Source: Paraphysomonas bandaiensis (taxonomy: Eukaryota > Protista > Chrysophyceae). From it: a stretch of 64,000 bases of DNA. Location of the stretch: the NCBI GenBank assembly GCA_965644295.1, contig CBFFRP010000461.1, positions 1 through 64,000 of the forward strand, given 5' to 3'. A program made the translations under genes and the position numbers. The notes under the pieces were generated by a model. The model did no database searches, was not told the DNA's origin, and saw only the letters and a program-made list of their open reading frames with translations. Positions 1 to 13,300 of the stretch are shown piece by piece (position 1 is the stretch's first letter; every line of letters begins with the position of its first letter).

Positions 1-2687
1 CCTTTATTCCTTCCGGAGGGAGTGTCTCCAGGGATTAGTGTGTTGCAAGAAGCGGTAGTCAAATTGTTTGGAGATCTGGAATGGGCGCTGTGTATATTTG
101 ATAATGTTCTGTTATTGGCACATGATTTTGATGATGCGTATAAGAAGCTGGAGATTTTCCTGGATAGATGCATTGAACATGGAGTTGTGTTGAAATTTGC
201 AAAGACCTGGTTAGGATTTAGGGAGATCAAGTTTTTTGGCTATTTGGTAAGGCACAATAGTTTCGAGCTCACGGACGATAGGAAAGAGGCTTTATTGAAG
301 ATTCCTTTTCCAGAGAATGGAAATAGATGTAAGAAGATTAGATCTTTGTTGGGTCTGGGAGTATTCTTTGCTCCATTTGTTCAGAATTACTCAGATTTGG
401 TTAAACATCTTACGGATATGACTAAGAGTAGTTTTAATTGGGAAGAAACGACATGGCAGCACGATTATAGGCAGGAGTTTGAAAACTATAAGAGTGGTTT
501 GCAACAGTCTTGTGCTTTGTTTTATCCGAATTATGATCTTGAGTGGACACTTAGGACAGATGCCAGTGACTATGGAGTGGCAGGCATTCTTTTCCAGACT
601 GTTGAGGGAACTGGGTCTAGTCCGATTCAACAGCAAACTATTGCTATCTGTTCCAAGAAATTGTCAGAGCAAGCCTTGAAGTGGTGTACTATTGAGAAGG
701 AGGGTTTTGGTATATTCTATTCAGTCAAGAAATTTTCGTTTTATCTGAGAGGAAAGAAATTTACAATCGAGACGGACCACAACAACCTTGTGTGGATGGA
801 GGCATCAGAAGTTGCGAAGATAATTCGATGGAGAATTTATTTGCAGGATTTTGACTTTTTGATTCGTCATATCCCAGGGAAGAACAATGTGGTTGCGGAT
901 TGCTTGTCAAGATTGCTGTATTTGTCCGGATTTGTGGACGAAAGTGACGATTTCGACTCAGATGAAGTGAACTTCGTGACACTGCATAACATCTTTGAAA
1001 AAGACGATTTTGAGGACGAAGTGCAGGAGATCGCGCCACCTACGGAGGAGCAGAGGATAGATTATCATCAGGCTATCAAGGAGGTTCACAACGCGCAAGT
1101 AGGACACTGGGGTGCGAAAGAGACGTGGAAGCGTCTGTGTAAGCAATTTCCGGGACACGGCGTGCCTTTCAAGGTGGTTGCAGACTTCGTGGACGAATGT
1201 ATCAACTGTCAGAAGAATAGGCGAGAGCTGAAGCAGCGATTGATTCCTATCACTAGACATTTAAAACCGCCTCATTCCAGGAGTGCTTTGGGAATTGACG
1301 CGGTTGCTATTACACCTGTTTCTAAATCTGGTTACACGCATATTGTGGTCATGGTTAATTTGTTTACGAAATTGGTGTACCTATATGCGGTGAAAGGAAT
1401 GACAGCTATCAATTTAGCTACAGCAGTGTGGAAGTGCTGGTGTACATACGGGCTCACGGATATGATTATATCAGATATGGGTCCTGATCTCAAATCAGAA
1501 CTTTTCGCAGAACTGGTTAAGTTGTCAGGACTTCGTCATGTTTTTAGTATTGCCAACAGGCATGTCAATGGATGTGAGCGTATTATTAAGGAAGTGGTTC
1601 GTCACATCCGTGCTATTTGTTTTGACAAGCGAATCGAGGCTGATGCTGTTTTGGAGGACGAACTGTTACTTGCCACTATCATGTTCATTCTGAATACCCA
1701 CGAGAGTAGTGAGACGGGGTATTCTGCGTTCGAACTGACGTTTGGGTCCCAGGATTCTATCTATAAGAATCTTTTGGCTGCCCAGGGGAGAGACAATGAT
1801 CCGTCTCATCAGCTGTTGAAAAGGCTGAACGATTACTTAGCTCTAGTTCGCCAGATATCAGCAGATTACCAGAAGTCTCTAGTTGAGAAACGAGCTGAAG
1901 CGGGTTTGGATCCTGCCAAACAAAACCAGTATTGTCCAGGCGATTTTGTTATGTTCGACGCTGGTGCTAAACCACATCCGAAATTATCCTCGAGGATGAA
2001 GGGTCCTTTCGAAGTGGTACGGCAATACAAGAATGATGTTCAAATTCGAAACCTTCTTACCGGGGAATTCGGGAATACTCTGTCTCTGATCTTGAGCCAT
2101 TTTTCGGAGATAAGGAATCGGCTATTGAAGCGGCGATGCGAGACCATGAACAATTTAAGGTGGAGGAGATTCTTTCATATACGGGAGATTCACGAACCAA
2201 ATCTACGATGGTCTTCAAGGTGAAGTATGCGGACGGCGATATCTTGGACATTCCATGGACACCGGATATTCAGTGTGAGGCATATTATGATTTCTGTGAG
2301 TCTAGGCCTTACTTGCGGCACCTCGCATACGACTCGTTTACTGCGAAGCGTTTTATTTCTTCAATGAGGAAAGAGAATATCACAACAGTGTCGGTTGGAG
2401 ATACTGTCTATGTTGATCTCAGGTTCTACGGTGACCTGTGGTACGAGAGTCTTGGTTTACCGGATTATGCCACGGCCGCGTATGTCATGGAATTCACGTA
2501 CACCCATTGGTATCACAAGAATTCCAAACGCAAGATTAGCGCCCGTTTTAATCTCAACGGTTCCAACTATGCCTTCGACAACTATTTGGTCTATTGTTGG
2601 GGGTCCCAGAAGGATTTTGACCCTGCTCGCATGATTTTGGTTGATGCGTCGCTCGCTGCGGCTTATCCCAAAATTATTCAGGAGTAG
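1..2687 (+). pseudogene. pol: Gypsy pol (RT C-terminal half, RNase H, integrase, chromodomain) with a 1-nt frameshift near 2066
   Basis: RNase H motifs LRTDASDYG, EKEG, TDHNNL, ADCLSR; integrase HHCC (HNAQVGH...CINC), DDE (GIDA, ISDMG, GCER) and GPF motif. ORF 2136-2687 (FKVEEILSY...FKVKYADG) continues the protein in the -1 frame. Confidence 0.88.
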
Positions 2688-2698
2688 CTACGGCATCC

Positions 2699-2716
2699 GG
2701 GGGGGGGAGAAAGGGT
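2699..2716 (+). promoter_or_regulatory. Polypurine tract of the Gypsy element
   Basis: GGGGGGGGGAGAAAGGG between the pol stop and the TG that starts the LTR. Confidence 0.85.
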
Positions 2717-2718
2717 AA

Positions 2719-3040
2719 TGTAAAGCCGTGGGCTTTTATAACGCCCTTGGTAGTTTTATATGATGATATATATTGGTATAATAGGCGGTTATAGTATATG
2801 GAGAAGGAATGAACAAGTTTTATAAGTAGTTGATAGATTGAATTATTAGAGTGATCTAAAGGGAACGAAACAAGACTTACTAACCATCATGGACACGACT
2901 TCTGTATTTCCTACGAGCTTTTCGAGGGGGATGAGTAATACCAGCGTGATTAGGAGGAGGCATACGGCAGCGATTGGGGTTAGGAAGCAGTGATACACAC
3001 AATTTCGTGGGCCTACGTGATTGCCACCCGTTGGTTTACA
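2719..3040 (+). repeat. 3' LTR (about 322 bp)
   Basis: Starts TGTAAA just after the PPT and ends TTTACA (6-bp terminal inverted repeat). The 5' LTR is not in the window, so the right boundary is inferred. Confidence 0.7.
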
Positions 3041-4479
3041 CCTATATCCATATAGCAGTCGGTGTAACAGCGATTTGAGTTAGGAAACATTGATTGGTAC
3101 CGCATGTGCGATATTCGTAGTCCATTCATCATTATGAGAAGCTTTCTGATGGTTTTGAACAGCTCTATGTGCTTGCTCATCGTTCCGGACTATGATATAC
3201 GATTATTTTCCCATTATCACACACCATCGATTTTCTGTGGAATGGGGAGGAATTCGTAGGGTGCCATTGGGCACAGATGCATAGGTGTTCTAGGCATGCT
3301 GATGGTAAAATTTCCCTATGTATAGATGGCTAGGTCTGTTGTACACTGGTTCGCAGGAATGGCGATGTTTAACGGGTTGAAATGTGATTGCAGTTGTCAT
3401 GAAATGTGCTTGCAATTTTTGTGGATTCGAAGATTGTCATTTTTGGGTGTTTGTGGCTCGAAAATCGGCGATTTTCTGCAATTCTCAAAAATTGGGGATT
3501 TTTGGGTTTTTTGGGACTCAAAAATCGGAGGTTTTTGGAAAAGACCTATTTAGGCGTATTTCAGGGGGTTTTTGACTATAAACGATGTAGGATATGAATC
3601 GTATGTAGTGTAGTACATGTTTGAGCATATTGTACGGTTGTGGTTGCATTCAATGTCCTGTGTATGAGGAGGAGTCTTTAGACTAGGGGTCTGTCTTTCG
3701 TTTTGCTTGTAACTTAGTTTTTAATAATAATTCTCTATGAAATTAACATAGTTGGTTGACTGATCTGTCTATTGGGAGCTTTAGATTGCAGGATACAGGG
3801 GAGCTTGTGTTTCTGGCTGTTGGTTTCTTAAAGAGTTATTATTATAGCTTTCTGTTTTGTTGTTTCGATAAACAACCATTTCATATCTTTTCAGTGATCT
3901 TACGTGCCGTGATATTGTGAACTGTCCGGAAGAAGAGAGCGCAGATATGCTGGTGCTAAAACTTTCCACCGGAAAGTCAGGATGACGATGGCAACCCTGT
4001 AGTATGTCTTGTTGCTCAGCAAACTGTTCATTTTGTTCAGCAAACCGCTGCTGAAGGAACTCCATAATGTTTGGAACCTCTTCTTCCGAACTCATAGTCG
4101 ACAATATAAATAAACAATGTTTCTTTCTATCCGACTAAAGTATTAATACTGTAATCTTTCTGATGAGAAAGACCGTGTTTACAACGTTTTATGAATTTAA
4201 AGTGCTTCCCAAACCGAGAATACACTGTCCAGAACATCAAACCGGTGAAACTGCCTCCTAACACAAGCAAACCGCGAGTATAGAATGAATTAAAATTACG
4301 TTAAAACGTATTATATTAAAGAATAGTGAAATCATACAACACTCTATCTTGCCGTGAATCATCTACAGTTTACAGTATCATACTTGTAGTTATACGGGAC
4401 TTATATCCCTTCAAGAATACGGTAACCGCAATGTATACTAAAAATAAACTGAAAATGAAAGTACAACAGCATGCTACCT

Positions 4480-5080
4480 AGAGTACCGCAGTATAACAGT
4501 AACTACAGGTATGCGTGACAGGCCTGCAAGGAAACGCGGCCGGCCTCGCAATGCAGCTAGGGCACTTATCAACGATGACCCCATAGATGTGGAGGCCCTT
4601 AAGCCAGGGGACTGGAAGAACGCATATGTTCGCCACCCACAGTACCTGAATGGTATGTGCGTGGATTACCGCGTGGTGCCGAACCACAGAAATAAAAAAA
4701 TTCTTCGCTGGCAGTGTCGGTTTTCTGATGCTCCAGATGACATCCTTGCTCATCCGAAGATTGTGGGGTTCGATGCCCATGAAATGAAGATTGCTGTGGA
4801 GCTACACCGGACTTGGTCATCAGAAACAGCCCAATTTGCATTCGACTGTGTGAAGACGAAGTGTGAGGCATATAGAATTTAATTTATGGCTATAGTATGC
4901 TCCCCTGTTTGACTAGGTGAATACTCAATTCCACCTAGTCAACCTAGTCATTGTAAAGTTAAAAATCTAATTATTTAATGACTAGGTTTTTCAACCTTTT
5001 GACTAGGTTATTACACCAATTTTGGTGTGACTAGTTTAGGAAATTCCCCCAAATTGACTAGAGGTCGAAAAATACATCCC
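4480..5080 (+). mobile_element. Truncated MULE-family remnant (right end only), related to 40377-41972
   Basis: 4715-5080 is homologous to 41574-41972: same PDDILxHPKIVGFDxHEMK coding segment, GACTAGGT subterminal motifs and TACATCCC end. No left TIR found. ORF 4511-4882 is the probable transposase C-terminus. Confidence 0.7.
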
Positions 5081-5437
5081 CTAATATTTTGGTCGAAAGA
5101 AGCTGTGAAGGAAACCATGACGCTTGATGGTGACGAGGAATTCTTGATAGACTGTGTTAATATTAGGATCATCTCCCTCTAGAAAGATATTCTTAATTCT
5201 ACCAATATGCTGGAGTAGAGCTCTATCTTGCTTGGTTCCTCCTCCATATCATAATAACAATCTATATTAAAAAATGTATTTATAACTACTTACGCAACAA
5301 TCAACTTCCCAAGTCTACAAATTGCAACTTATTGTCACCAGATATGAAGGTGTATGTTGTAAGAGGTTACTAGCACTCCCTAGCTTGTAAGTTTCCTGCC
5401 TGCTCTTTCATTACGGACGGAATAGTTGTACAGAGTG

Positions 5438-5923
5438 ATTGAAAGTCTTTATATTAGCAATAGGCGTTAAAAACCTGCACCAACTTAGTAGCTAGATGAA
5501 TGCTAGACAATCTAGTTAGACCTCTACCTGTAACTAATCAGTACACACCTTTTTTATCCTACTATTTAACGCTACGAAAGCTGCTTGTGCGTCGCCGCAA
5601 GCACCAAGGTGCGACCACTTCCGCTCTGAGTTCTTAAGGTGAACATCCCGGATACTTGACTTCAGCAGCAGGCAGCCCAATACCCCGGTTACCCTTCAGG
5701 TGGGCCCTGTCCCGGATGCCCTTGAGGTGGTCCCATTCCCGGATGCCTGTTTATTTGTCAGGGCCCAAAGACGTCTACACAAGTGACACTTACTGGTGTC
5801 CCTTGTACCACACAAGCATTCGGCTATATGAGTGGGCAGAAGAATACCTGCTGACTATGTTCGCGGCTCACGTTAGTTTCCCAGAGATAATCTCTCCGGT
5901 ACTTATCCCCCAGAACACCACGA
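5438..5923. repeat. Dispersed repeat family A, copy 1 (possibly a degenerate non-LTR retroelement end)
   Basis: Clear similarity to 42259-42703 and 57988-58198 (e.g. GCTGCTTGTGCGTC...CAAGCACCAAGGTGC). No intact ORF; class uncertain. Confidence 0.7.
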
Positions 5924-7555
5924 AAAGGTGCGAGACCGACTTTGTTGAGGGAGTTATACAGAGTAACTACCGGCTGTAATATTTTACTTGCGAGTTACAG
6001 AAATGAGACGCTCTATAATAATAGTTTTGCAACATATTGTTCCCTAGCCCTACTGCTAGATACACACACAGGCTGTTCACAAAATTAAAACTCAAAATTA
6101 TAAAGAAGAAATTAGTTTTCATAATCACACGTGTATATTTTGAGTGCATATACATAGAACGCTTGCAATTGTATCAGAACGATTTCGACTATCAGTACCA
6201 CTACACTATACACTATACTTTCTCCTCGTGAAGTATTTCTCCTCGATTAAAATTGTTATTCTTTGAGTATTATCAGACTATGAATATATTGAACTTGATA
6301 TTACAGAGAATATAGAGCAGGGCTAGGGAAGAATATATTGCAATACTATTGTTACATAGCGTATCATCAATAATATTGATGGAGTTTTTAAACCAATTCT
6401 ATCGTATATTACAGTACGGTAGTGTCATAAATATGGCACTACGCTGCCAGACAAAGACTACCTACTGCTTAACTAGTCATAACTTTTGTAATACACATCA
6501 TTGGTGATGTTGTTATCACCACATTGAAATATACATCCGGCATCAAATGTCGATTAGATCTCAGAAACAAAATCACAATATTGAGTGTAGTAGAATGCAT
6601 ACTTTAGTGAAGCACTGAGGTAATAAGTCTAGCTGCCCTTATCAGGCAAGTAAATTCCGCAAGTCGTTTAACTGTAGGTGGCATTTGATTATTGAACGCA
6701 GACTCTTAAGCAGAATCTGAAAATAGTGGACCGTCGTGTGACATTAATTCCTTCTGGTAACAAGGAAGCATTCTTGATCTGCTTTACCTTTCCTATTAGC
6801 AGGTCTACTTGTCGAATGAGAGGTCTTCTCATTTCCAGATAATAATTTACATGAACTTATGTTTTGCATCCTACAGTTAAGAAACTTTCTAAAATATTGA
6901 TAGCAGTATATAGTGAGCTACTTGAACAGCATTTCTTACAGATACTGATAGAACCTTTGTACCTTTGACCGGACTACTAATCAATATATTTATATATTTT
7001 ACGATAAAACGTATGTAACTTCTTAATATGTATACTTCGTTTATTACATACAACATACATATATAGTGATCTTGTAGTAAGTGTATATATGTACACATGT
7101 ATGTACGCATGTATGTATATCGTGAGTAGCTTCAATCAATTACTACTACTGTGATGGGATATGAGGAGACTTAATAAAGGTTACATGAAGCAATCCTCGC
7201 TGTGAATATACAGTTATTGTTAATGTTACTGTCGTTATATGTTATTGTTTGATTACCTTTGCTAATACTACAAAGCTGCATAAAACCTCTATATATACTA
7301 TCGATTCTAGGTAGTGTACCTGGCTTATATATCAAGATATCTATAAATCTATTTGCAGCATATTCTATAGATATGATTCTATGCACAGTGCATTCTACAG
7401 ATATCTAAGATGTGTATACCGAACAGGGTAAGAGTGTCGCTTTGTTTAACTACAGCATGCATCGCTACAGACATGGTTGTTGCAGTTGATGACAGCGGAT
7501 CATACTCTCTACATACATAGATGACTACTGCATTAAAACCAATGCAATGAAATAC

Positions 7556-7760
7556 TTGCCCCATATTGACAGCGTAACTAATCACTGCGTGCGGCCCCCT
7601 AGTGGGTGCGGCTGAGTGCTGCTGCGATTGATCGCCTCTACCTATGTACACATTGCTTAGTTCAGCACTACCCCACCCAGGGTCTCACTGCATATTCAGC
7701 GCTGAATACCATGTGATAATGATGTAGCTAGTTGGGTTCAGTAGGTAGCTAGCAAATAAC
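7556..7760. repeat. Dispersed repeat family B, copy 1
   Basis: Highly similar to 52038-52234; begins with the TIR-like motif TTGCCCCATATTGACAGCGTAACT. Confidence 0.75.
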
Positions 7761-8590
7761 GTATGGGACTTAAATCAAGTATTAGTTAGGTACCCACCCG
7801 ACCCCCATCCGAATCTACCTAAGTACGCGCTCAGAATGGGGCAACTTGTGGTTGATCTTCCACAGTGACATCACACTTGATTGGGTCGGATCCTCATAAC
7901 TGTCAAAAATGAAGTCGAGACAGAAGAAGTGGCCATTATTCATAGACACTGATATCGTAGACTACAGTTGAATAATACATACGTATAACAATCAGAGTGT
8001 TGTCAGTACATAACATACATGCATATGTCGTCAGGTTGGGTTCATACTGCTCCTAATGTATACATGGGAGTTGAGTGATACGATGTCATCATGCTGTCTG
8101 TCTATAACTGTTGATACTCAATGAAATATAATCATATGACGATAGATTTGTGTTCAGCACATCTGAATTAGTCTACCAGCATCATCCCTCCATCAACATC
8201 ACTACGAGCAGACATACTCAGACAAACAATGATATGATTATAAGGTCATCATGATGGACGACAGAGACAGGTGGTTGAGATGATGAAGACACTCACTTGC
8301 AACTTAACGCAACACTGAACTCATGAGAGATCAAAGTCACGAGAATGATAATGAAACAAAGTTGAGCAGAGTGTGTTGGATTTGATGAAAAGAAATCACA
8401 AACTGAAAAATAGGAGAAAATAGAGTGTCTCTTCAAGATACGTAGGAATCTTTTTTCTTGTTCTGATCGTGTAGAATGAAGTGATGAAGTGGGATGGTGT
8501 GATGTAGCGTGTATGTGTATATAGTAGCATCATATTGCTTCTATTCACTTCACTTCTCTTGTCTTCTATATACATATACATATATATAAG

Positions 8591-9680
8591 ATGGCTGATA
8601 TTACTACAGCTGCTCGTAAGGGTGATTTGAATGGTGTGAGGAGGTGTGTTGAGAGGGGCGATGATATACATACACAAGATTATTCGGTAACAACCATACA
8701 CACATATATACATACATACATACATACATACATACATACATACATACATACATACATACATACATACACACCTACATACATACATACATACATACATACA
8801 TACATACATACACACCTACATACATACATACCTACATACATACATACATACATACATACATACATACATACATACATACATACACACCTACATACATACA
8901 TACATACATACATACATACATACATACATACATACATACATACATACCTACATACATACCTACATACATACATACATACACATACATACACATACATACA
9001 TACATACATACATACATACATACATACATACATACATACATACATACATACATACATACAGTGTTATGGGGGCTCATGTGATATGATTTATAGTGGGGTT
9101 CTACGGCTCTTCACTGTGCTGCTGGTTATGGTCGCAGAGATATATGTGCATATCTCATAAGGAAAGGAGCAGACATAAATACACAAACCATTGTAAGTAA
9201 CCCCCCTATACATACATACATACCTACATACATACATGCATACAGACATACATACAGTGATATGGGGGCTCAGGTGATATGATTGTTACTGTTTTATAGA
9301 GGGGTTGGACGGCTCTTCACAATGCTGCCTGTTATGGTCACAGAGATATATGTGCATATCTCATAAGGGAAGGAGCAGACACAAATATACAAAACATTGT
9401 AAGTAACCCCCCTATACATACATACATACATACATACATACATACGGTGTTATGGGGGCTCATGCGATATTATTGTTATTGTTTTATAGGTGGGTTATAC
9501 GGCTCTTCACAATGCTGCTCGTTATGGTCACAGAGATATATGTGCATATCTCATAAGGAAAGGAGCAGACACAAATATACAAAATAATGTAAGTAACCCC
9601 CCTATACATACATACATACATACATACATACATACATACATACATACATACATACATACATACATACATACATACATACA

Positions 9681-9716
<36 letters not shown>

Positions 9717-10286
9717 TACATACATACATACATACATACATACATACATACATACATACATACATACATACATACATACATACATACATACGTACATACA
9801 TACATACATACATACATAAATACATACATACATACATACATACATACATACATACATACATACATACATACATACATACATACATACATACATACATACA
9901 TACATACATACATACATACATACATACATACATACATACATACATACATACATACATACATACATACATACATACATACATACATACATACACATACATA
10001 CATACATACATACATACATACATACATACATACATACATACATACATACATACATACATACATACATACATACATACATACATACATACATACATACATA
10101 CATACATACATACATACATACATACACATACATACATACATACATACATACACATACATACATACATACATACATACATACATACATAAATACATACATA
10201 CATACATACATACATACATACATACATACATACATACATACATACATACATACATACATACATACATACATACATACATACATACA

Positions 10287-10322
<36 letters not shown>

Positions 10323-13300
10323 GATCCCACCCCAGTTCCTATAAACCCACTTCCTATAAAACCCACTTCCTATAAAAATAATGCCCTTTTGCTATAATCC
10401 CAAAACCTATAATCCCATTTCCTATAATCCCATTTCCTATAAACTGCTCAAAACCCCACTTTTCTCTCGTCGACTGTATACCTATTCCTGTACCTCAAAC
10501 CGTTTCCTCAATTACCATGGTCAACGACTATCATGGTGGGTCCAATGTATGCTGGAGGAGTATCGCTCACATAACACTCCATCCATAGGCATAAAAAGTC
10601 ACTTGACACGGCTTGATCCTCAGCAACACTGTCGACATGGATACCAATCTCATATAGAGGGAATGGTACAGAAACATACCGTTCCCTCTATAATCTCATT
10701 GTGGATACATAGTCACAATGTTCAACAAACAATTACCATTGCTATCGTCCAAACAGAGGCGTCTATTGTACTGGCAACGACATGTGTACACTCGGAATTC
10801 TCTGAAGCAAACTGTTGATGGACGGTACAAAGTATATTGGGTATGTGAGGCTGGGGATGCGTGCACGGGCCGGGCCGTATCGACAAGAGAGTCAGAAGAC
10901 GGAGAAGACACTGACATTCGAGTGACCAAGCCCCACACAGCTGTGGTATTTGATTACGAAGAAACTGAAGCTGAAAATCTTGAGACTCCATGCCAGGTGA
11001 CGGAGATAGTCTATATCAATAGGCAAGCAAAGGCCCAGTTTCTTGCTCATTTTGCCAATGGCGTTGTCGATGCATATCGTACGATGGCCATATCATTGCA
11101 AAATCCTGAGCTTACGTCACCAGAATACGTTGCTGCTCGTGGATTTGCGCATTTTAGAACTCATGATTCTCTCACCTCACAGTCTTCAAGGGCACGAATT
11201 GCCGTTGTTGGTAGAAGTCCAATATCAGTGCACGAAATCAATATTCCACCTGATTCTCCATTGAGGAATTTGCCTTCGTCAAATGAACTCTTCTTACGTC
11301 ATGTTGGAGATTTGCGTGACAGTAAGTGTCTTATTTTCCATACCGATGCCTTTTTTGAGAGGTTGTGTGGTGCAAATATGGTGTACACCGACGGCACATT
11401 TAAAGTTATGCCAATAATTTTTGGAAACAGCGGCCAGCTCTTGACTATCCATTTCATAACTGGAGAAAGATCAATGCCGGGTTTGTATGCCATACTACCA
11501 GGAAAATCAATTGATGATTACATTTATGTTCTTCAATATATCAAGCGTACAGCTCAGACCAGAGAGATTCCAATAGCGTGGCAAAGAGCAATGGCCGATT
11601 TTGAAGATGGCCTTGTGAATGCATTTAGAAGAGAATTTCCGAATATTGATATGAGAGGATGTTATTTTCATTTTTGCAAATGTATATATAAGCATGTCAA
11701 TGAAAATCATGACTTACGACACTTATATCATAATGAGTTGTCTAATTTCAGGCTATTCGTCAGGTGCATTATGGCTCTTGCATTTCTACCCCCTCATGAA
11801 ATTGAGGAAGCTTTCAATGAATTGAAACAGGCATTTATACAATCCAATCCCCATTTGGTTGGAGTAGACTCGTTGGATATGTTTAACGGATATTTCTATC
11901 GCACGTGGCTTCGAAATGGGGATGACAGAATAAGACAATGGAATGTTCATGGAATTGTAGACCAACGCACCAATAACCACATGGAAGGCTATCACAGCCA
12001 ACTCAATAAAAGCTGTGGAATTCACTGTGTACTGTATCACCTTATTAAGCAGTTAATGAGGCAACAGGTTTCGTTTACAGGAGAGCTTGCACAACTTGAA
12101 GTTGGCGCCAGAGTGAATAGACGTAGACGAAAATGGGTAAACCTCAATTGTACAATCAAGCGCCTCATGTCCAGATACAGCGATGGTGATATCAACAGAC
12201 AACAATTCTTAAATTCAGTAAGTTACTATCTACTGGTAGTAGCTGTTCCAACAGCACATCAGAACAGAATATCCCCGGCTGTACGTGCTGCCATTAATGC
12301 TGCTGGTGTGGGTATACCTACACTAAATGCTCCAGTAGCTGAACAACAACCGCTTGCTCCACCTGCTGCAACAATTCAGGAACCGCTTGTTTCACCTGCA
12401 CATAATCCAGTTACCCCACGTGCCCCTGTTGTTACTACTGATATTCCAGTCGTAGTGATTGACATGGCAGCAGAAAATGATGACTATAACCCCTTATCGC
12501 TGCGTGAAAGGATTAAAGCATACGTCGATAATAATAGAACTGGAAATAGGTACACGTGGAATCTTTTTCTTCATGTTCCAATTCCTGAATTAACTTCTCA
12601 AATATTATCCATAATTCATATCATGACATATCACGATATTTGCAATGGTGTTTGGATATGCCAATCTGAAAATACGGGAGATATTGTGACTGACGCAGGT
12701 GGAGTTTTCAAAGACGTTACCTATCGGGTATTTACTCATCTTCGGCTGCATTATATTATTGAAGATACAGTCATCGTAAACCCAAATTTCTTTATACAGG
12801 AAGGGCGGTTCTGCTTACCAAACCCAGATTCATTTTGTCAAAATCCCATAGGAATTCGGTTCTATGAATCTTTTGGGAAGCTAATGCTTCTCTCATTTCT
12901 ACATGATGGTGCTTTTCCAACATGGCTATCTCCAATTGTAATTGCTTTTTGCTGTAAACAAGACGATTCCCATTTGCATTTGGAAAATGAAATTCTCGAG
13001 CAGCATGACATGGGGTATTTGGTACAATCATCGACCGAAGAGTTACTCGAGGTAGCGAATGGTTTGTATATTCCCACATATGGGAATGAAACCCAGGAAA
13101 TGTTGAAATCGACAATATCTAACTACTCATTGATAGGGCGCCGAAAATTATGCATGTTAGCGATCAAGCAGGGTTTCTGTGGTGGACAAGTAATCACAGA
13201 CTTAGCACTGCATGATGAGGAGGAATTCATCGACAGTGTTTACAATGTTTGTAGTGATGCTACGACGTTCGTTGAATCGTGTATTTGGGAGTTCGCTAAT

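Larger units (their letters stand above)
1..3040 (+). mobile_element. Ty3/Gypsy LTR retrotransposon with chromodomain (3' portion; 5' part outside window)
   Basis: Domain order RT-RNaseH-integrase-chromodomain, followed by a polypurine tract and a TG...CA-bounded LTR. Confidence 0.93.

Noticed and set aside
2060-2070. Programmed frameshift in Gypsy pol
   Set aside because: No canonical slippery heptamer and an atypical position; a 1-nt deletion or sequencing error is simpler.
3326-4104. Short ORFs and G/T-skewed AAAATCGG repeats after the LTR
   Set aside because: No recognisable domain or bounded element; similar skewed tracts occur at about 44160 and 51800 in ordinary intergenic DNA.
8396-10366. 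Long ORFs of MYVC/HTYI repeats (also 37353-37594)
   Set aside because: Translations of the (TACA)n microsatellite, which has no stop codons in these frames; they lie in introns.
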